A DNA stretch of 64,000 bases from Candidatus Latescibacterota bacterium (GTDB lineage: Bacteria; Latescibacterota; UBA2968; UBA8231), in assembly GCA_965219385.1 (NCBI GenBank), contig CBDCNM010000002.1, positions 1,792,936 to 1,856,935 on the forward strand, in the 5' to 3' direction. The notes under the pieces are model-generated. The model had not been told where the DNA came from. It did no database searches and saw nothing but the letters and a program-made list of their open reading frames with translations. Every line of letters starts with the position of its first letter. Positions within the stretch are counted from its first letter, which is position 1. The position numbers and the translations under genes are program-made. Shown piece after piece: positions 39,953-49,800 of this stretch.

Positions 39953-40392
39953 GCCTTATCCGCGCTCTTCATGGCCTCGATGTGGCCCTGGTAATCCTGA
40001 CCTTCGTACTTGGAAGGACACTTGGCAAGGACCACCTGGGCCTCGAAGCGCTGCTGGTCGGCATCGTAATGGCCTTCCAGAACCACCTGGGCCTGGTCTT
40101 TGAAGGTGTCGGGCAGCACCCCGTTGCCGCTGTACTTCACCCGCAGGGTGTGCTCGCCGTTGGTGATGACGAATTCGGGGCGGTGGCGGTACTGGTCCCA
40201 CTTAATCGAGCCTGCGACCACGGTGCAGCCGCCCAGTTGAATGCGCTGGTCGCCGATCTCATCAACGGCCTCTTGCAGCAGGGTGGACAGGGTCATGTGG
40301 GTGGCTGCGGACTCTTCGACCGAGGTGATGAACAGGTAGAGCAGACCGGCTGCGATCAAGAGGGCACCCAGAGTGAATTTGTGGTTTTCCAT
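39946..40392 (-). CDS. ccmE: Heme chaperone CcmE, CxxxY variant
   Basis: N-terminal TM, LPDTFKD, VVLEG and VLAKCPSKY; AGGAG RBS before ATG 40392. Confidence 0.9.
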   Translation of the reverse strand: MENHKFTLGALLIAAGLLYLFITSVEESAATHMTLSTLLQEAVDEIGDQRIQLGGCTVVAGSIKWDQYRHRPEFVITNGEHTLRVKYSGNGVLPDTFKDQAQVVLEGHYDADQQRFEAQVVLAKCPSKYEGQDYQGHIEAMKSADKAW

Positions 40393-40752
40393 GGATTTAT
40401 TGCTCCTGTAAGTCAACCGGACTATAATCAGTACTTCACGGGATCGGCGGCCGCGCGGGTCTTGTGCCTTTGGCGTTTTATGATGCCCAGGACGCTCTTG
40501 CCCCGCTCCCCCTTCCTGCTGCTACGCCTGCTTGCAGCCCACCCCACCCTGCCGGCACCCCTTCCGGCCTTGAGCCGGGTATGGTCTCTCGGCTTTGTTA
40601 TGCACTGATAATCTGCTCAATTTCCCCCTCTTTTGCAAGTCGCCACCGACCTTGTGGGCCCGCCAAGCGTCGGCGCTCGGATCCGCGGACTGCGCCAGCA
40701 GCTCCCGACCGGCCGAGGTGCGGAAAAATTGGAGAGAAGCGGACGCGGTAGA

Positions 40753-41889
40753 TCAGACCTCCAGAAACACGGGAAAGCTCGTGAGGTTGTCGCACCCGTT
40801 TGCCTCGACTACCACCACGTCCTCGATGCGAACCCCGCCCAGACCCGGATAGTAGAGTCCGGGCTCGACGGTCACAACCTGGCCGGCTTTGAGGGTGTCG
40901 CCCTTGGGACCGATGCGGGGGGCTTCGTGGATTTCCAGTCCCAGACCGTGGCCAGTGCTGTGGAAGAAGCCCTGCATATGGCCGTCTTTTTCGCCGGTTT
41001 CGCAACCGGCCTGGATGAAAAAATCCTGAAGGGCCTGATGGATCTGGCCGCCGTCGGCGCCAGCGCAGACCTGATCCAGAGCCAGCTGCTGGCCGCGGTG
41101 GACCAGGTCGTAGAGGCGCTTCAAGGCAGCCGGTGCTGCGCCTTTGCAGAAGGTCCGGGTGATATCGCCGAAATAACCGCTGGCGGTGTCGCTGGGAAAG
41201 ATATCGATGATGATGGTCTGGCCGGCCCGCAAAGGACCGCTGCCCACTTGGTGGGGATCACACCCTTGCTCGCCGCCGGCCACGATGGTGTGCCGGGCCG
41301 TGCAATCCCGTTCCACAAGCGCCAGGTGGATCAGCCGCCGCAGCCGCTCCGCCGTCAGCACCTGGTCTTCAAAGTAGAGCGTCTGTTCCCTGACTTGGGC
41401 GGCGCCAAGGGTCGAAACCGCCATTTCCATGCCGCGCTCTGCCGCCTGCATGGCCCTGCGGATGGCGTTGATTTCTTCCGGGGTTTTGATCTGGCGCTGG
41501 GGAAACAGGGGCGAGGTCGCCACTTCGAGCTGGATGCCCTCCCGGCGCAGGAAATTGGCCGGGTCGAGGGGGAAGTCCGCCGGCACCTTCAAGGTCTTGA
41601 GGCCCAGGTCCTGCAGCAGGGCCAGGACCACCTCGCGAAAGCTCGGGTTCTGGTGCCCCTTTTCGCGCAACCGGGCTTCGTAGCGGGCGCTGGGCAGGAC
41701 CTGGGCCACCGCGGCCTGTTCCCGGGCGCGGTCGAGTTCGAGGTTGCCGACCACGAGGATCTTGTCGGTGGGGGTCCACAGGAAGACGAAGGGATCCGGG
41801 GCCCGGAAGTGAGTGGCGTAATAAAGATCGGCACTGCGCTCGCTGTCGCCGATCATGAGCAGCGCGTCAGCGCCGTCGAGTTCTATCAC
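40753..41889 (-). CDS. Xaa-Pro (M24) peptidase
   Basis: IKTPEEI, YFGDITRT, HSTGHGLGLEIHE, TVEPGLY and GVRIED. Confidence 0.94.
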   Translation of the reverse strand: MIELDGADALLMIGDSERSADLYYATHFRAPDPFVFLWTPTDKILVVGNLELDRAREQAAVAQVLPSARYEARLREKGHQNPSFREVVLALLQDLGLKTLKVPADFPLDPANFLRREGIQLEVATSPLFPQRQIKTPEEINAIRRAMQAAERGMEMAVSTLGAAQVREQTLYFEDQVLTAERLRRLIHLALVERDCTARHTIVAGGEQGCDPHQVGSGPLRAGQTIIIDIFPSDTASGYFGDITRTFCKGAAPAALKRLYDLVHRGQQLALDQVCAGADGGQIHQALQDFFIQAGCETGEKDGHMQGFFHSTGHGLGLEIHEAPRIGPKGDTLKAGQVVTVEPGLYYPGLGGVRIEDVVVVEANGCDNLTSFPVFLEV

Positions 41890-43450
41890 TGGAGTCCTCC
41901 AGAATCCTCAAGGCCCTGACCTCGAACCCCTGGTCCTGCCGCCAGAACCAAAACAGGGCTGCCTTGTCCTGTTCGAGACCGGAGATGAAGTGGGCGCACT
42001 GCTGCTCCGAGGTGATGCGCTGCTGGTCGATCCCGGTCAGCAGGTCTTGGGGCTTGATGCCCTTGGCGGCCGCTGCGCCGTCGGTCTCGACCGCGGTTAC
42101 GATGACCGCCTGTTCTTCCTTTTCAAAGCCCAGTTCAGCGGCAATCTCATCGGTAAAACCCATCTCCCGGGCGGTCTCCCGGGTGAGTTCCTTTACGGTC
42201 ATACCCAGGAGGGAAATCCGCTTCCTGCCCCGGGCCAGGAGCTGGTCTTCTTCGCGTTCGTCCAGAACCACCTCGAGGTGTTGCCGCTCGTCGTCGCGCA
42301 GGATCTCGAGGACCAGGCTATCGCCGGGGTTCTTGCTGTAGATAAGGGTCTGGATCTGATTGGGTCGATCCACCTTACGACCATCGACAGCCAGGATCAC
42401 ATCGCCGCGGAGCAGTCCGCCCAGTTCGGCCGGACTCCCCACCAGGGTGCTGGTAATGTACACCCCCCGGGGTCGTTCCAGCTTCAGGTCTTCTTCTGCC
42501 ATGAGTTCCTGGCTCACTTCCGCCATGGCCACGCCCAGATAGCCGCGCACCACGCGGCCGTGGGTGAAGATATCGTCGATGGCTTCGCGCGCCAAGTTGA
42601 TGGGCACGGCCAGACCGTAGCCGATGAAAAACCCCGTGCGGGTGGAAATGGCGGTATTGATACCGATCACCTCGCCGCGCAGGTTGAGCAGGGGCCCCCC
42701 TGAATTGCCTGGGTTGATCACCGCATTGGTCTGGATGAAACTCTCGATTCTGTATTCTCCCCGCAGGACTGCGGCCTGGCGACCCAGGGCACTGATGATA
42801 CCGTCGGTCAGGGTGGTGCCCAGGCCCAGGGGGTGGCCAATGGCCAGGACGATTTCGCCGATTTTCAACTCGTCCGAATCGCCCAGGCGGACGACGGGTA
42901 GATCCACGCTCTGGATCTTGAGCAGGGCGATGTCGATCAGGGAATCGAAGCCGACGACCTCGGCCTCGAAGACCCGGCGGTCGGAAAGCGTGACCAGGAT
43001 GGAGTCGGCGTCCTCGATCATGTGGTAGTTGCTCAGGATATATCCATCCGGGCTTATGATGGCGCCCGAGCCGATCCCCTTGAACTCCTCTTCCGGCACC
43101 GCAGGGTGGAAGGGGGGCAGCCGCAGCCGGGAAAGATCCCACTGTCGGGTGGTGGTGACCAGCACTACGGCCGGCGAGACCTGCTCGTAAGCGGCGTTGA
43201 AGACATTCCCCAGTGCCTCCAGGTAGCGGGTATCGGCAAGCCTTGGCAGAGGCTCTTCCCCAAAGGTGGCCGCCCCGATCCCCGCAAGGCCACCCAGGGC
43301 CACGACCAAGGCGAAGAAGACCCTGGTCCGGCGCCGCCGGACCCTGCTGCCGGGATGGGATTTGTACTGAGCACCGTCACAATTGCCGCTTTTGCGGTGG
43401 ACTCCACACGGGTCGGGTGCGGTGCTAAGTATCGACTTTTCGGATATCAT
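41867..43450 (-). CDS. HtrA/DegP serine protease with two PDZ domains
   Basis: GSGAII, SNYHMI, DIALLK, INPGNSGGPL and RGYLGV. Start is uncertain. Confidence 0.93.
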   Translation of the reverse strand: MISEKSILSTAPDPCGVHRKSGNCDGAQYKSHPGSRVRRRRTRVFFALVVALGGLAGIGAATFGEEPLPRLADTRYLEALGNVFNAAYEQVSPAVVLVTTTRQWDLSRLRLPPFHPAVPEEEFKGIGSGAIISPDGYILSNYHMIEDADSILVTLSDRRVFEAEVVGFDSLIDIALLKIQSVDLPVVRLGDSDELKIGEIVLAIGHPLGLGTTLTDGIISALGRQAAVLRGEYRIESFIQTNAVINPGNSGGPLLNLRGEVIGINTAISTRTGFFIGYGLAVPINLAREAIDDIFTHGRVVRGYLGVAMAEVSQELMAEEDLKLERPRGVYITSTLVGSPAELGGLLRGDVILAVDGRKVDRPNQIQTLIYSKNPGDSLVLEILRDDERQHLEVVLDEREEDQLLARGRKRISLLGMTVKELTRETAREMGFTDEIAAELGFEKEEQAVIVTAVETDGAAAAKGIKPQDLLTGIDQQRITSEQQCAHFISGLEQDKAALFWFWRQDQGFEVRALRILEDSSDRTRRR

Positions 43451-44955
43451 TTGAGGCTGTATTCGTCCAGCTTGCGGTAGAGGGTACGCACCCCGATATC
43501 CAGGATTTCAGCCGTTTTTTTGCGGTTGCCTCCGACTAGGTTGAGGGCTTGCTCGATCGCCTCTTTCTCCAGGTCTTTGAGGGTGCGCCCCTGGGCCTCG
43601 AGAGGATTTTCTGGTTCTTCGGGAGCGATGGCCACTTCCTCCAGGGGATAGACCGGCGCTGCCGAAGGAGACGCGGGGATCGGCTCCAGGAGTCGTTCCT
43701 CCAGCCGACGCCGCAGTTCGGAGACCTCGCGTTTCAGGTCGAGCAGGGCAAAGTAGATGAGTTCGCGCTCGGACTGGTCCGGGGTCTTGTTGGTGGGCAC
43801 CGGCAAATGGGCGCCCAGCACCGGGGGTCTTTCCAGGTGCGGCAGCAGGTCCCGGGGCTCTATCTGGCCGCGCGGCCCAAGAAAGGCCAGGTGTTTCACC
43901 AGGTTGATCAGTTCGCGCACATTGCCAGGCCAGTCGTACTCCTGGAGCAGGTCCATGGCCGCGGCGGAAAATCCCTCGAAGCGCACCTGGCTTTGCTGCC
44001 TCAGTTCGTCGACAAAGTGCTGGACCAAAGCCGGGATGTCTTCCGGACGCTGGCGCAGGGGCGGGATGGCCAGTTCCATGCCCTTGAGCCGGTAGTAGAG
44101 ATCCAGGCGGAACTCCCCCTGGCTCACGGCCTGTTGCAGGTCCTTGTTGCTGGCGGCGATGACGCGGATGTTCACGGGAATGGAGGTATTGCCGCCGACG
44201 CGGGTGATTTCGTGGCGCTCCAGGACGCGCAGCAGGCGCACCTGGGCGGTCAGGGCCATTTCGCCGATTTCGTCCAGGAAAACGGTGCCGCCACTGGCCT
44301 GCTCGAAGTCCCCCAAACGCCGGGCTTTGGCATCGGTGAAGGCCCCCTTTTCGTGGCCGAAGAGTTCGCTCTCGATCAGGTTTTCGGCAATGGCGCCGCA
44401 GTTGACCGGGATGAAGGGGCCGTCCCGGCGAGGACTGTAGTGGTGCAGGGCACTGGCGATATCCTCTTTGCCGACGCCGCTTTCCCCGCTGAGCAGAACC
44501 GTCACCGGGGTGGGGGCCACCAGGAGGATCTTCTGCCGCAGTTCGCGCATGGAACGAGCCTGGCCCACCAGGGTGAGACCCTGGAGAAAACGACCCTTCT
44601 CCAGCAATTCCTCCACCCGGTCGCGCAGGGCCTCCGGAGCAATCCCGGGATCCAGTATTTCCTCGATGGGTCTGCCGCGGGAGACGCGGTCCCAGACCCC
44701 CGGCGAGTTTTGCCCGAACAGCACCAGGGGAAGATCCTCGTACTCGGCCAGGATGCGGGCGCTTTCTTCCAGGGATGGGATCGGCAGATCCAGATCCACA
44801 GCCGCCAGCCCTGCCTCTCGATGCAGCAGGGGTCTCAGTAATCCGGCCTCCTCGACCTCGACGATGTGGTGGTCGCCCTCCAGGGCCGTCTTGAGTTTTT
44901 CCACCAGACGGGGATCGCGGGTGAGCAGGGGGATGCGAAGTTTTCTGTGCCTCAT
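43447..44955 (-). CDS. Sigma-54-dependent transcriptional regulator (AAA+, Fis HTH)
   Basis: GESGVGKE, ESELFGHEKGAFTDA, FLDEIGE, WPGNVREL and a C-terminal HTH; degenerate receiver-like N-terminus. Confidence 0.93.
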   Translation of the reverse strand: MRHRKLRIPLLTRDPRLVEKLKTALEGDHHIVEVEEAGLLRPLLHREAGLAAVDLDLPIPSLEESARILAEYEDLPLVLFGQNSPGVWDRVSRGRPIEEILDPGIAPEALRDRVEELLEKGRFLQGLTLVGQARSMRELRQKILLVAPTPVTVLLSGESGVGKEDIASALHHYSPRRDGPFIPVNCGAIAENLIESELFGHEKGAFTDAKARRLGDFEQASGGTVFLDEIGEMALTAQVRLLRVLERHEITRVGGNTSIPVNIRVIAASNKDLQQAVSQGEFRLDLYYRLKGMELAIPPLRQRPEDIPALVQHFVDELRQQSQVRFEGFSAAAMDLLQEYDWPGNVRELINLVKHLAFLGPRGQIEPRDLLPHLERPPVLGAHLPVPTNKTPDQSERELIYFALLDLKREVSELRRRLEERLLEPIPASPSAAPVYPLEEVAIAPEEPENPLEAQGRTLKDLEKEAIEQALNLVGGNRKKTAEILDIGVRTLYRKLDEYSLK

Positions 44956-44996
44956 GGTCGAGTTACACTGTAGTGGATGATTCCCTCCAAGCAGCC

Positions 44997-47900
44997 CTAG
45001 CCCCCCAGTTCCCGGCGCAGTTCAGTGACGCGATCCCGGGCATAAGCGCCGAAGTTGCTGCCGCCTCCCTCCCGTCGGATGATGCGTTCGTACACGCTGA
45101 TGGCGGTGTCGTATTCTTGCAGAATTTCGTGGCACTGTGCTCTCATGTAGTCTGCGGTGTTGATAAAGGTGGCGGAAGCGTCCGCTCCATAGTAGCTCAC
45201 GCTGTAGTAGTTGCTTATGGCCTCTCTGTACTTGCCCATTTTCTGATAGGACTGGCCTATGTAGAGGTAGGCTTCCGCCTCTTTGTTGCCCTGGGCCCAT
45301 TCGAGGACCTTTTCGAGGTGGGCTATGGCCTGAGTGTACTGACCTTTATCCTTCAGAATGGCGCCCAGTTCTATTTTTGCGTCCCGGGCATCGGGATGGT
45401 CGGGGAAGTCCCGCAGGAGGCGTTCGATGGTGCGGTGCGCGTCGTCGTGCTCAAAGGCTTTCTGGTAACTATTCACCAGTTGCCAGATGGCCTCTTCCTT
45501 GCGCTCCTTCTCTGCCTGGCCATTGACCACGGCCTTGTAGTTGCCGGCCGCGATCAGGTACTGGCCCAGGCCGTAGTAATAGTTCCCCAGGCGCAGGCGA
45601 ACCTCGGCGACATGGGGACTGTTCGGGTGGTTCTGGACAAACTGGTTCTGGGCTTCCAGGGCGCGGCCGGCGGTCTCCTCGCTGGGTGCGCCCTGGTTCT
45701 GCTGCCACAGGGCCAGGGCGGCATGGTAGGCCCCATCGTCGGTCCACTCGCCGCCCTGTTCTTCAAGCTTGAGGAACTTCTTAAACGCCTTTTCGTAGTC
45801 CTTCTTGCCCAGATAGTACAACCCTTCTTCGAGCAGGAAGCGCTGGGGCCAGACCGGATCCTTGGCAAAACGCTTGGCAAAAGCAGAGGCGGCCTTGCGG
45901 GCCTCCTCGAGGCGTTGCAGGCGAAAAAGCGCCAGCACGGCCCGGCCGTGGGTCTGCGGCTCGGCGGTGGTGGCCAGCAAGGGCAAATAGGTCTGGTAGG
46001 CGCGGTCGTAGCGCTCCAGCGCAAAGAGCAGGTGCCCGGCCTGTTGGGCGGCCCGGGAAACCAATGGACTGGCGCCAAACTTGTCCCGCACCTGCAGGAA
46101 CCGGCGGATGGCCTCTTCTTCCCGGCCCAGGGTGTCCAGGAGGACCGCCTGGTTGAAGTAGAGGGTGTCCAGGCCCGCCGCCTGCGCATGATGGGCCACC
46201 ACCTGTCCGTACAGCTGCAGGGCCGCTTCGAATTCGCCGTGGCGGTGGTAGGATCTGGCCAGGCGGCGCTGGACGCGGCCGTCCGCATCCTCGACTTCCT
46301 GTCCTCCGAGCCACTGCCGGTAGAGGGCGATGGCCGCAGGGTAGTCTTCGAGCCGGTAGTGGGTGTCGGCCAGCTGTAGCTGGACGGCCCGGTGTTGCGG
46401 GAAGGCAGGATGGGTCAGGAGCAGTTCCTGAAAACGCGAAGCAGCGGCGCGCAACTCGCCCTGCTGGAGCAGGAGCTGGCCCAGTTGAAAAAGGACCTGA
46501 GCCGAGAGCGGGCTGCCAGGGTAGTCGCGGAGGATCCGCCTCAGCGAGTCGGCCGCCGCCCGGTATTCGCCTTTGTGACGGTAGCACAGACCCAACCCGA
46601 AGAGGGCCTGGACGGAAAGCGGACTTTGGGGTACCTGCTGGCGCAAGCGGCGGTAGGTCCGCATGGCAGTGTCGAGTTCGGCCGCCCGGGTCGCGCCCAG
46701 GTGGCGCCGGGCGTCGGCCAGGCGCAACAGGGCCAGGTCCCGGTGCGGGTTGTCGTCCCCGGAATGGTTGGCGAGAAAAAGGGCAAATCCTTCTTTGAGG
46801 AGGAGGTGGCGCAGCGAGTCGGGGGCGGCCTCGGCCTCGATTTCGACGAGGCGGATCTGGGCCATCTGCGACCATTCGTCCACCTCCTCGGCCGCCGCCA
46901 GGATGCGGTGCTCCCGCAACGCCATCTGCCGCAGCGAGTCGGTCTGCTCGGGGTGGCCTTCGAGCTGCCGCTTGCGCGTCAGTTTGTAGAGGCTTTCCGC
47001 CAGGTAGAACTGGGCTTTGGGAAGGTAGGGCCGGTCGGGGTACGAGGCCACGTAGATTTCGAAGAGGCGGGTCGAGTTTTCGATATCGTGATGCTCGTAC
47101 AGGGCCTGGGCCAGGTCCAGCAGGATGATTTCGCGCGGGGTGCCGCTGAGTTCGTCGAGTTGGGCCTGCTGGTACACGCGGTTCAAGCTGGCCGCGTCCA
47201 TCACGGTGAAGTGGTTGAGGTACTCGACCCGGTCGCGGGCCTGCCGGGTCTGGAGATGGGCGGGGAACCTTTCCAGGAATACCCTGTACTCGCGCAGGGC
47301 CGCCTGGGGCTGGTCGCTTTGTTCAAGGGTCGCGGCCAGGCCGCACTGGGCGGCTGCGGCTATGGGCATTGGGCCGTCCGCCAATTCCCGCAAGATGGGG
47401 ATGGCCTGTTCGTAGTAGCCGATCTGGGCGTAGATCCGGGCCAGGGAGCGTTTTACCTGGTCCAGGTCCGGGGCTTCGGGGACGGCTCGCAGGTAGGTGC
47501 TGTACCAGGTGATGGCCCCGTTGTAGTCCCCGCGGCGCTGGTAGAGCGCGCCCAGCTCGCGGAAACTGTCCGTGGCTTCAGGCGTGTCCGGGCGGGTTTG
47601 AATGAGGCGCTGAAACAGGTCGAAGGCCGCCGTGAACTCGCCTGTCTGGCCGTAGGCAACGGCCAGCCCGAGCCGAACCCGCCCTCCGTCGGGATGATCC
47701 GGCGGCACTGCTTTCAAGAGGGCCTGATAGTGGCCCAGGGCGGGTTGGATCTGGCCACTCTGCCGCAGGGCATCGGCCAGTCCGAGCCGGGCGCGCAGCT
47801 TCAGGTCGGGGTCTTTGATGCGCTGGTGCGCGATCTGAAAGGCATCCCCGGCCTGGCTGAACCGCCGCAGGTTGTAAAGATGGGAAGCCAGTTCCAGGTC

Positions 47901-48704
47901 GGCGCTGTCCGCCTGGGCCGAAGAACCAAAGTGCTGATGCAGGCGGGCGAACTTTTTCCTGGCCTGCTCCACGCGGCCCAGAAACAGGTTGATACCACCG
48001 CTCAGGAGCAAGGCGCTGGGGGCTTCGGGGGCTGCGGCGCCGGCCGCGCCAATGTCTTCGAGGAGCGCCTGAGCCACTTCGGGCGCACCCCTGGCAAAGT
48101 AGAGCTCGGCCAGGCGGTAACGGGCCGGATGGACCTGCGGCTTGTCGCTGTACTCGGCGATGATTTTGCCGTATAGCCGGGCGGCTTGCTCGGGTTTTTC
48201 CGCATAGGTATAATTGGTGCCGGCGGCGAGCAGGGCCTGGGCGGCGAATCCGCTGGCGGAAAAGAGGCTCTGGATCTCTTCGTAGGCGCGGGCCGCATCC
48301 AGGTAGCGTTTTTCCAGGTTCAGACAGGCGGCCCGTTCCTGGCGCGCCTCGGCCGTGCTCAGGTGCTCGGGGTGTTCCTGATAGAAGGATTTGTAGGCCT
48401 TGATCGCCAGGTCGCAACGCTGGCTGTTCTTGTAGGCGCGGGCCAGCAAGAGGCGGGCATCGGCCAGCAGGTCGCTGGCTGGGTGGTTGCGGATAAACTC
48501 GGCGAATAAACCGCTGGCGGTGGCGTAATCCGTGTCGCGGTAGAGGTTTCTGGCGCGTTTGAAGGCGTCTTCCTCGCTGTCCTGGGCCCGGACAGAGCCA
48601 CACAGACACAGGGCAAGGGTCGCGCAGACGCTGAGAGTCCATGCCAGAATCCCCGCCTGACACCTGGCCGGGTGGGGGGGGCTGAATGGCGAACGCGGCA
48701 GCAT
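44997..48704 (-). CDS. Large secreted tetratricopeptide repeat protein
   Basis: Signal peptide ending VRA-Q followed by many TPR-like helix pairs. The ORF is open to 48803; ATG 48704 is preferred. Confidence 0.85.
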   Translation of the reverse strand: MLPRSPFSPPHPARCQAGILAWTLSVCATLALCLCGSVRAQDSEEDAFKRARNLYRDTDYATASGLFAEFIRNHPASDLLADARLLLARAYKNSQRCDLAIKAYKSFYQEHPEHLSTAEARQERAACLNLEKRYLDAARAYEEIQSLFSASGFAAQALLAAGTNYTYAEKPEQAARLYGKIIAEYSDKPQVHPARYRLAELYFARGAPEVAQALLEDIGAAGAAAPEAPSALLLSGGINLFLGRVEQARKKFARLHQHFGSSAQADSADLELASHLYNLRRFSQAGDAFQIAHQRIKDPDLKLRARLGLADALRQSGQIQPALGHYQALLKAVPPDHPDGGRVRLGLAVAYGQTGEFTAAFDLFQRLIQTRPDTPEATDSFRELGALYQRRGDYNGAITWYSTYLRAVPEAPDLDQVKRSLARIYAQIGYYEQAIPILRELADGPMPIAAAAQCGLAATLEQSDQPQAALREYRVFLERFPAHLQTRQARDRVEYLNHFTVMDAASLNRVYQQAQLDELSGTPREIILLDLAQALYEHHDIENSTRLFEIYVASYPDRPYLPKAQFYLAESLYKLTRKRQLEGHPEQTDSLRQMALREHRILAAAEEVDEWSQMAQIRLVEIEAEAAPDSLRHLLLKEGFALFLANHSGDDNPHRDLALLRLADARRHLGATRAAELDTAMRTYRRLRQQVPQSPLSVQALFGLGLCYRHKGEYRAAADSLRRILRDYPGSPLSAQVLFQLGQLLLQQGELRAAASRFQELLLTHPAFPQHRAVQLQLADTHYRLEDYPAAIALYRQWLGGQEVEDADGRVQRRLARSYHRHGEFEAALQLYGQVVAHHAQAAGLDTLYFNQAVLLDTLGREEEAIRRFLQVRDKFGASPLVSRAAQQAGHLLFALERYDRAYQTYLPLLATTAEPQTHGRAVLALFRLQRLEEARKAASAFAKRFAKDPVWPQRFLLEEGLYYLGKKDYEKAFKKFLKLEEQGGEWTDDGAYHAALALWQQNQGAPSEETAGRALEAQNQFVQNHPNSPHVAEVRLRLGNYYYGLGQYLIAAGNYKAVVNGQAEKERKEEAIWQLVNSYQKAFEHDDAHRTIERLLRDFPDHPDARDAKIELGAILKDKGQYTQAIAHLEKVLEWAQGNKEAEAYLYIGQSYQKMGKYREAISNYYSVSYYGADASATFINTADYMRAQCHEILQEYDTAISVYERIIRREGGGSNFGAYARDRVTELRRELGG

Positions 48705-48808
48705 CAAAGGTCTGGATTCAAAGTGGCAAAATACCCATAAGTGCATGATATTAAGTAAGAATGTATACCTTATAGATATATGGTATCCAGAGGAAGAGGT
48801 CAAGCCCT

Positions 48809-49693
48809 ATGGATGTAGACCTGCTGGTGGAAAGAGCCTGGAGCAAAATCAATCTGGGGCTGAAGGTGCTGGGGCAGCGAGAGGATGGCTACCACGACAT
48901 CCGCAGCATTGTCCAGAGCGTGGATCTGGCGGATACCCTCTACTTTCGCCCGGCGGCTACAACCTACCTCACCTGCTCGGACCCGACCCTGTCCACCGGG
49001 GCGGACAACCTGGTTCTGCGGGCCGTGGAGTTGTTCAACGCCCGGCTGGGGCAAGCTCCTCGAGACCTGCACATCCACCTGGAGAAGAAGATCCCGGTAG
49101 GGGCCGGACTGGGCGGAGGGAGTGCGGACGCCGCGGCGGTGTTGCGCGCCCTGAATTCGATGTATGGGAAGCCTTTCGCCGCGGCACAGCTTGGCGCCAT
49201 GGCCGCCCGCCTGGGCTCGGATGTCCCCTTTCAGGTCCTCGGCGGCACTGCCCTGATGAGCGGCCGGGGCGAACGCCTCGAACCACTGGAGTGGAAGGGG
49301 GAGGTATTCTACGTCCTGGGACACCCCGAGGTGGAGGTGAGTTCCGCCTGGGCGTACCAGCACGTCGAGGTGGGCTTGACACCCGCTTCTCCCTATCTTA
49401 AATTTATTGATTCGCTAAGCGTAAGCGGCGGGTGCGTTGACCACAAAGCCCTTTTCCGCGTCCTGGAAAATGATTTTCAAGACCTGGTTGAACGCGCCTA
49501 TCCCATCGTCGCACAATTGGGTGTCTACCTCGAATCGACAGGTCTTCAGGCCTGCTCCATGTCGGGTAGCGGCTCGACTGTATATGGTATTTTCGACGAC
49601 CGGAACGCCGCTTATCAGGCCCAACAAGGGCTGCAAGCGAGGGGTTGCCGGTCATTTCTTTGTGCGCCAGTTTCTCCGGGGGTGGACAGATAG
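48809..49693 (+). CDS. ispE: 4-diphosphocytidyl-2-C-methyl-D-erythritol kinase
   Basis: KINLGL...DGYHDI, KKIPVGAGLGGGSADAA, GSDVPF and MSGSGST. Confidence 0.96.
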   Translation: MDVDLLVERAWSKINLGLKVLGQREDGYHDIRSIVQSVDLADTLYFRPAATTYLTCSDPTLSTGADNLVLRAVELFNARLGQAPRDLHIHLEKKIPVGAGLGGGSADAAAVLRALNSMYGKPFAAAQLGAMAARLGSDVPFQVLGGTALMSGRGERLEPLEWKGEVFYVLGHPEVEVSSAWAYQHVEVGLTPASPYLKFIDSLSVSGGCVDHKALFRVLENDFQDLVERAYPIVAQLGVYLESTGLQACSMSGSGSTVYGIFDDRNAAYQAQQGLQARGCRSFLCAPVSPGVDR

Positions 49694-49703
49694 AATTCCT
49701 GGT

Positions 49704-49778
49704 TGCCCGGTCGTTCAATTGGTAGGACAACGGATTTTGGGTCCGTCTATCAAGGTTCGAATCCTTGCCGGGCAGCCA
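49704..49778 (+). tRNA. tRNA-Gln(TTG)
   Basis: Acceptor stem TGCCCGG/CCGGGCA, anticodon arm ACGGA-TTTTGGG-TCCGT, T-loop GGTTCGAATCC and an encoded CCA. Confidence 0.96.
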
Positions 49779-49800
49779 TTTTTTTGTGGAGACGCTTCTT

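Noticed and set aside
44332..44349. GAFTDA instead of GAFTGA in the sigma54 activator
   Set aside because: A common natural variant and not sufficient evidence of altered function.
44973..48176. 468-aa and 594-aa plus-strand ORFs
   Set aside because: Antisense shadows of the TPR gene.
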